A stretch of DNA of 64,000 nucleotides from Anaerolineae bacterium (lineage in GTDB: Bacteria > Chloroflexota > Anaerolineae > B4-G1 > DUEL01), in NCBI GenBank assembly GCA_025060135.1, contig JANXCY010000006.1, positions 16,205-80,204 of the forward strand. The letters are read 5' to 3'. This document shows positions 59,938 to 64,000 of the stretch, one piece after another. The first letter of the stretch is position 1, and each line of letters starts with the position of its first letter. A program made the position numbers and the translations under genes. The notes beneath the pieces were generated by a model that worked only from the letters and a program-made list of their open reading frames with translations, did no database searches and was not told the origin of the DNA.

Positions 59938-61157
59938 TTTCCCTCTTCTCCTGGCTGTTGGGCTTCGACGCCTTTGGGCTCTTTCGGTTTTTCCCGGAAG
60001 ACTTCCACCCAGTCTACTTTAGCCGTCGCATGCATCAACACGGCCAGCGTAATAATGGCCCCAATGGTTACCACCAGGCCCGTATATCCCTCAAAGAAAA
60101 AGGCATAGGAGAAGAGCACCAGGAAAATGAACTGGGAACCACCCGCTGGCCAGAGGGCGAACCGCCAGTGGACCACTCGGGCCAGATACGAGACCACCAG
60201 GGCCAGGGAGACCAGGGACGCAATCACAAACGACCATTCCAGCAGGACATGGTCCACCAGATACGCAAACAGCAGGTGGAAGGCAAAGAAACCGGCCGCC
60301 AGGAAGAAATAATGCATCGGGTGCAAGTTGATCCCCCATACAGCGCCGATCACGACCAACACGGTGAAGAAAAACAGCAGGGAAACCGGCGCAAAGAAAC
60401 TCATCCGGCTGGCCATTGGGCCGGGATTAATCTTACGGGGCATCTCTATCCCGATATCAAAATCCGAAAGCAGGTTAGAGAATTTCCATTCTAACTGCCA
60501 GCCTTGGGGCGTAGGAGTTTTCGTAGTGGGGGAAACCGTGCTCTCCGGGAAGTTGAAACCGCCGAAATCGGTATTGGCAATCAGAGAAAAGTTCCGGACA
60601 GCCGTAACTCCGGGACCGAAGTCATAGCGCCACTCGTCCAGTCCTCGGGAGCGGTAGGCCAGACGGATGTCAGCGGTCTCGCCAGGCGCGAGAACGACCC
60701 GGGTATAGAGTGTCCCCCATTCATCGCCCACCAAACGCGCGTCCACATCCCGGACTCGGAAGACAAAATCATCGTAAATCGCATTGGAGGAAGGGAATTG
60801 GAAGGTTACAGTGGCCACAACTGTGCTGGTGAGAGGATTTCGGAAGGTGTACTTTGCATCAAAAGCCACCGTATAGGTGGCGTACCAGAGCAGCCCTTTC
60901 CGCCGATGCTGAAGATGGAAATCCACCCGAATGTCACTGGACTCCAACTCGCCGATCATAGGGGCCTGCCCGGGTACGGCCAACTGGATGGCGGGCGCGG
61001 CCTGGGTATGCGAAGCCCCCCAGAGGGTCTCTACCAAACGGCTCATCGCGTCATAGCCGGTGTAGGTCCGCGCGGCAATGCTGCCCCCCAGGATGGCCCA
61101 GGCGATGGAAGTACAGGCAAAAATAAAGATAATCGCGACCAAACGGCGCACAGTCAT
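59934..61157 (-). CDS. CreD-like inner membrane protein
   Basis: N-terminal TM, extracytoplasmic domain, then six TM helices with LHPMHY and FHLLFAYLVDH. Confidence 0.75.
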   Translation of the reverse strand: MTVRRLVAIIFIFACTSIAWAILGGSIAARTYTGYDAMSRLVETLWGASHTQAAPAIQLAVPGQAPMIGELESSDIRVDFHLQHRRKGLLWYATYTVAFDAKYTFRNPLTSTVVATVTFQFPSSNAIYDDFVFRVRDVDARLVGDEWGTLYTRVVLAPGETADIRLAYRSRGLDEWRYDFGPGVTAVRNFSLIANTDFGGFNFPESTVSPTTKTPTPQGWQLEWKFSNLLSDFDIGIEMPRKINPGPMASRMSFFAPVSLLFFFTVLVVIGAVWGINLHPMHYFFLAAGFFAFHLLFAYLVDHVLLEWSFVIASLVSLALVVSYLARVVHWRFALWPAGGSQFIFLVLFSYAFFFEGYTGLVVTIGAIITLAVLMHATAKVDWVEVFREKPKEPKGVEAQQPGEEGK

Positions 61158-61183
61158 AGATCACCCCCTTTTCGTGATATGAA

Positions 61184-61212
61184 CAAAGGGGCGGCGGCCT
61201 GGCCACCGCCCC
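61184..61212 (-). terminator. Terminator-like hairpin after the acyl-CoA ligase
   Basis: GGGGCGGTGGCC-A-GGCCGCCGCCCC-TTTG on the minus strand. Confidence 0.55.
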
Positions 61213-61230
61213 ACTCTATCCCTGGTCCTC

Positions 61231-62970
61231 CTACTCGCCCTCCGGTGGAGGCGGCGGAGGCTGGCTGGCTGCCTTCGCCCGCTCCTCCGCCACCAGCATC
61301 CGTCGCAGCGTCTTGCCCACAAAGGTCTTGGGCAGTTCGGAGCGGAACTCCACATAGCGAGGGTATTTGTACTTCGCCAGCCGCTCCTTGGACCACTCAA
61401 TAATCTCTTCTTCGGTGGCCGTCTCCCCCGGCTTAAGGACGACCCAGGCCTTTACCGTCTCCCCCCGATACGGGTCGGGGATACCCGCCACTGCAACTTC
61501 CAGAATCTTGGGGTGTTGCTTCAGGACTTCCTCCACTTCGCGCGGGTAGACGTTGTAGCCACCGCAAATAATCATGTCCTTTTTGCGATCCACAATGTAG
61601 AAATAGCCATCCTCGTCCATCTTAGCGATGTCGCCGGTGAAGAGCCAGACATGGCCATCGGGAAGTTGCCGAAGGACGTTGGCCGTCTCTGTGGGCATCT
61701 GCCAGTAGCCCTTGAAGACCTGGGGGCCCCGCAGGACCAGTTCCCCTTCCTCGCCCGGGCTCAGGAAACGGGTGCCGGTATCCAGGTCCACGATGGCTGC
61801 GTCCACGTCCGGCAGGGGCAGGCCAATACTCCCTTCCCGGTTCTCGCCCAGCATAGGGTTACAGTGAGAGGCCGTTGGGGCTTCGCTCAGGCCGTACCCT
61901 TCCCGCAGATTGCCGCCCGTCAACTGCTCAAATCGGGTCTGCGTCTCCCGAAGGAGCGGGGCTGAGCCGCTGATGCAGGCCCGGATGGAGCGAATGTTGA
62001 CCTTTCCCTCCAGGACCTTGGGGTGGTTGTTGATGGCGTTGTACATCGTTGGAACGCCGGGGAAGATACTGGGCCGGTACTTGTTGATGGTCTCCAGGAT
62101 GTCGTCAATATCCCGGGGGTTGGGGATGAGAATCTGAGTGGCACAGGCAGCCATCGCGAAGCACATCGCCGCCACCATCCCGTAGACATGGAAGAGGGGG
62201 AGGGCTGTCAGAACCGTCAGTTCGGCATCCCTCACCCCCGGCAGCCAGGACTTGATCTGGAGCGAATTCGCTACCAGGTTGAAATGGGTCCCCATTGCTC
62301 CCTTGGGGATTCCCGTCGTGCCGCCCGTGTACTGGAAGATGGCCACGTCTTCTTTGGGATTGATCTCCACCCTCGGGCGTGCAGCGGGCGAATGGGCCTT
62401 CAGGACATCCTGAAACCAGTGGTCGCCGGGCTCCAGCGTTACCCGATCGCCCGACTTTCTTTCCATCGCCAGGGTGAAGAGGAGTTTGAGGAGCGGCGGG
62501 AAATATTCCTTAATGTTAGTAACGATGACGCGCCGGATTTGGGTGCGGGGCTGGACTTTCTTCACTACAGGATAGAAACGGCTCATCGCGATGATGACTT
62601 CCGCCCCGCAGTCATTCAACTGGTGCTCCAGTTCCGGCGGCGCGTAGAGGGGGTTACAGGCCACAACGATGCCGCCCGCCTTCAGGATGCCGAAGTAGGA
62701 AATAATGAACTGGGGGCAATTCACCAGCAGAAGGGCAACCCGATCTCCCTTCTTCACCCCCATCCCGGCCAGGGCTGCCGCCATCCGGTCGGTCAATTCG
62801 TCCAGTTGCCGGTAGGTAAGCGTGCGCCCTTTAAAAATGATAGCGGCATGGTCGGGATATCGGCGCGCAGCATCCTCTACGAAATGGTACAAGGGGATAA
62901 CAGGATAATCAATGTGGTGGGGGACGCCGGGGTCGTACTTCCTCAGCCACGGTCGCTGAATCTCCTCCAT
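61231..62970 (-). CDS. Long-chain fatty acid-CoA ligase
   Basis: YTGGTTGIPKG, EGYGLSE, TGD, DRKKDMI and LPKTFVGK motifs. Confidence 0.95.
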   Translation of the reverse strand: MEEIQRPWLRKYDPGVPHHIDYPVIPLYHFVEDAARRYPDHAAIIFKGRTLTYRQLDELTDRMAAALAGMGVKKGDRVALLLVNCPQFIISYFGILKAGGIVVACNPLYAPPELEHQLNDCGAEVIIAMSRFYPVVKKVQPRTQIRRVIVTNIKEYFPPLLKLLFTLAMERKSGDRVTLEPGDHWFQDVLKAHSPAARPRVEINPKEDVAIFQYTGGTTGIPKGAMGTHFNLVANSLQIKSWLPGVRDAELTVLTALPLFHVYGMVAAMCFAMAACATQILIPNPRDIDDILETINKYRPSIFPGVPTMYNAINNHPKVLEGKVNIRSIRACISGSAPLLRETQTRFEQLTGGNLREGYGLSEAPTASHCNPMLGENREGSIGLPLPDVDAAIVDLDTGTRFLSPGEEGELVLRGPQVFKGYWQMPTETANVLRQLPDGHVWLFTGDIAKMDEDGYFYIVDRKKDMIICGGYNVYPREVEEVLKQHPKILEVAVAGIPDPYRGETVKAWVVLKPGETATEEEIIEWSKERLAKYKYPRYVEFRSELPKTFVGKTLRRMLVAEERAKAASQPPPPPPEGE

Positions 62971-63132
62971 GGCAGTCGCCTCCTTCGCTGGGGATATAGA
63001 TCGGACCTGGACGCCAGAGGGGAAAGACGGGATACCCTATCTTGGTGAGTCCGCCTCACCTCCTTTCAGAACCCGGAATACATGATCCGGGGCAGCGAAG
63101 AAATGGCCGCCCCGCAGACGCTCGGGTCCGGC

Positions 63133-63828
63133 CTAAGGGCTCACCGGAATACGGATGACCTGCCCCACGCGAATGTGATGGGGGTTCGCAATACCGTTAT
63201 AGGAGGCCAGATAGAGGTAGTTCAGGTTGTACCGCAGAGCAATACGGAAGAGGTTGTCCCCCGGCTGAACTGTGTAAAGGATTTCGTTCCCGCTTGGCGG
63301 CTGCCCCCCCGCCCCGGGGATGCGCAAAACCTGACCGGGATAAATGCGGTTGGGATTGAGAATATTGTTGTAAGCCGCCAGGTCCCGCCAGTCCACCCCA
63401 TATTGCCGGGCGATTTGCAGAAGCCACTCTCCCGGTTGCACAACATGCGTTCTCTCGCCACCCGTAGCAACCGCAGCGGCCTCAGGGGTCGGAAGCAGCG
63501 CCGGGGTCGGAGAGGGAGTCTCTATTGGGACTGGCGAGGCCTCCGCAGGCGCAGAAACAGATTCGGCCATAGGCGATGGTGTCTCTGTCGCTACAACGGT
63601 GGGAAACGGGGTCGGCGTCTCAGAGGGAATTGGCGATAGGAACGCCACCGCCGTTGCGGTCGCCTGCTCCCAGAGCGCCTGAGCGGCAGCAGTCGCCATA
63701 CCGGATTCTATCAGTTCCTCCTGGGAAGGAGTGGGGGTAACGTCGGGGGCCGCAGGCAGGTAGCAACCGGCCATCAGAGAGCACACCAGTCCTATACCCA
63801 ACAGGAGAAGAAAGCAGTTATATTTCAT
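63133..63828 (-). CDS. Lipoprotein with two LysM domains
   Basis: LMAGC lipobox, PT linker, HVVQPGE...IYPGQVLRIP and YTVQPGD...IRVGQVIRIP. Confidence 0.92.
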   Translation of the reverse strand: MKYNCFLLLLGIGLVCSLMAGCYLPAAPDVTPTPSQEELIESGMATAAAQALWEQATATAVAFLSPIPSETPTPFPTVVATETPSPMAESVSAPAEASPVPIETPSPTPALLPTPEAAAVATGGERTHVVQPGEWLLQIARQYGVDWRDLAAYNNILNPNRIYPGQVLRIPGAGGQPPSGNEILYTVQPGDNLFRIALRYNLNYLYLASYNGIANPHHIRVGQVIRIPVSP

Positions 63829-63875
63829 CCATCCTCCTGGCAAATGGACAGACCAATATGAAATAAGACATTTAC

Positions 63876-63904
63876 ATCATACCATAAGAAAGTGAGAAAG
63901 TCAA
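63876..63904 (-). promoter_or_regulatory. Sigma70 promoter of the LysM gene
   Basis: TTGACT-17-TATGAT with extended TG. Confidence 0.7.
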
Positions 63905-64000
63905 GAATTTTGCCTTCACGGCCAAAGGTTACGCTCCTGTAACCTTGCGGACACCCCCCACCGAACCAGCCCGAGGTATCATATAGACAGGGATTTCAGT

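Overview
A ~65% GC bacterial core-genome segment. Gene content points by inference to a Chloroflexota (Anaerolineae/Thermoflexales-like) and probably thermophilic organism: Pro/Thr-linker lipoproteins, translin-like protein, class V FBP aldolase/phosphatase, minimal SufCB and a GT-C glycosyltransferase. It holds about 50 CDSs: thiolase, yajC, hypF, murJ, fprA, sufCB, pstSCAB-phoU with a pho-box-like operator, acyl-CoA dehydrogenase-etfBA, galK, galE, class A PBP, FemABX, SLT, gatA, a second phoU, fbp-pyk-translin, CreD-like, acyl-CoA ligase and LysM. It also has two tRNAs (Val-GAC, Phe-GAA), one probable pseudogene and several families of small palindromic REP/MITE-like repeats. I saw no integrase, transposase, cas gene or prophage. 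The best leads are: (1) a lipid kinase-SDR-novel class II aldolase-like operon; (2) an Amt homologue that has lost both pore histidines; (3) a receptor-like membrane protein with a dead PP2C domain; (4) a translin/Trax RNase in the fbp-pyk operon; (5) an unannotated 43-aa membrane peptide that looks like the split-off N-terminus of the YeiH-type transporter; (6) a ~310-bp nested/pseudoknotted palindromic element; (7) a CRISPR-like 38-37-38 bp unit that is probably REP-derived; (8) an in-frame palindrome insertion in hypF. All calls are by-eye motif recognition. No database search was run, and several start codons were re-chosen from RBS context.
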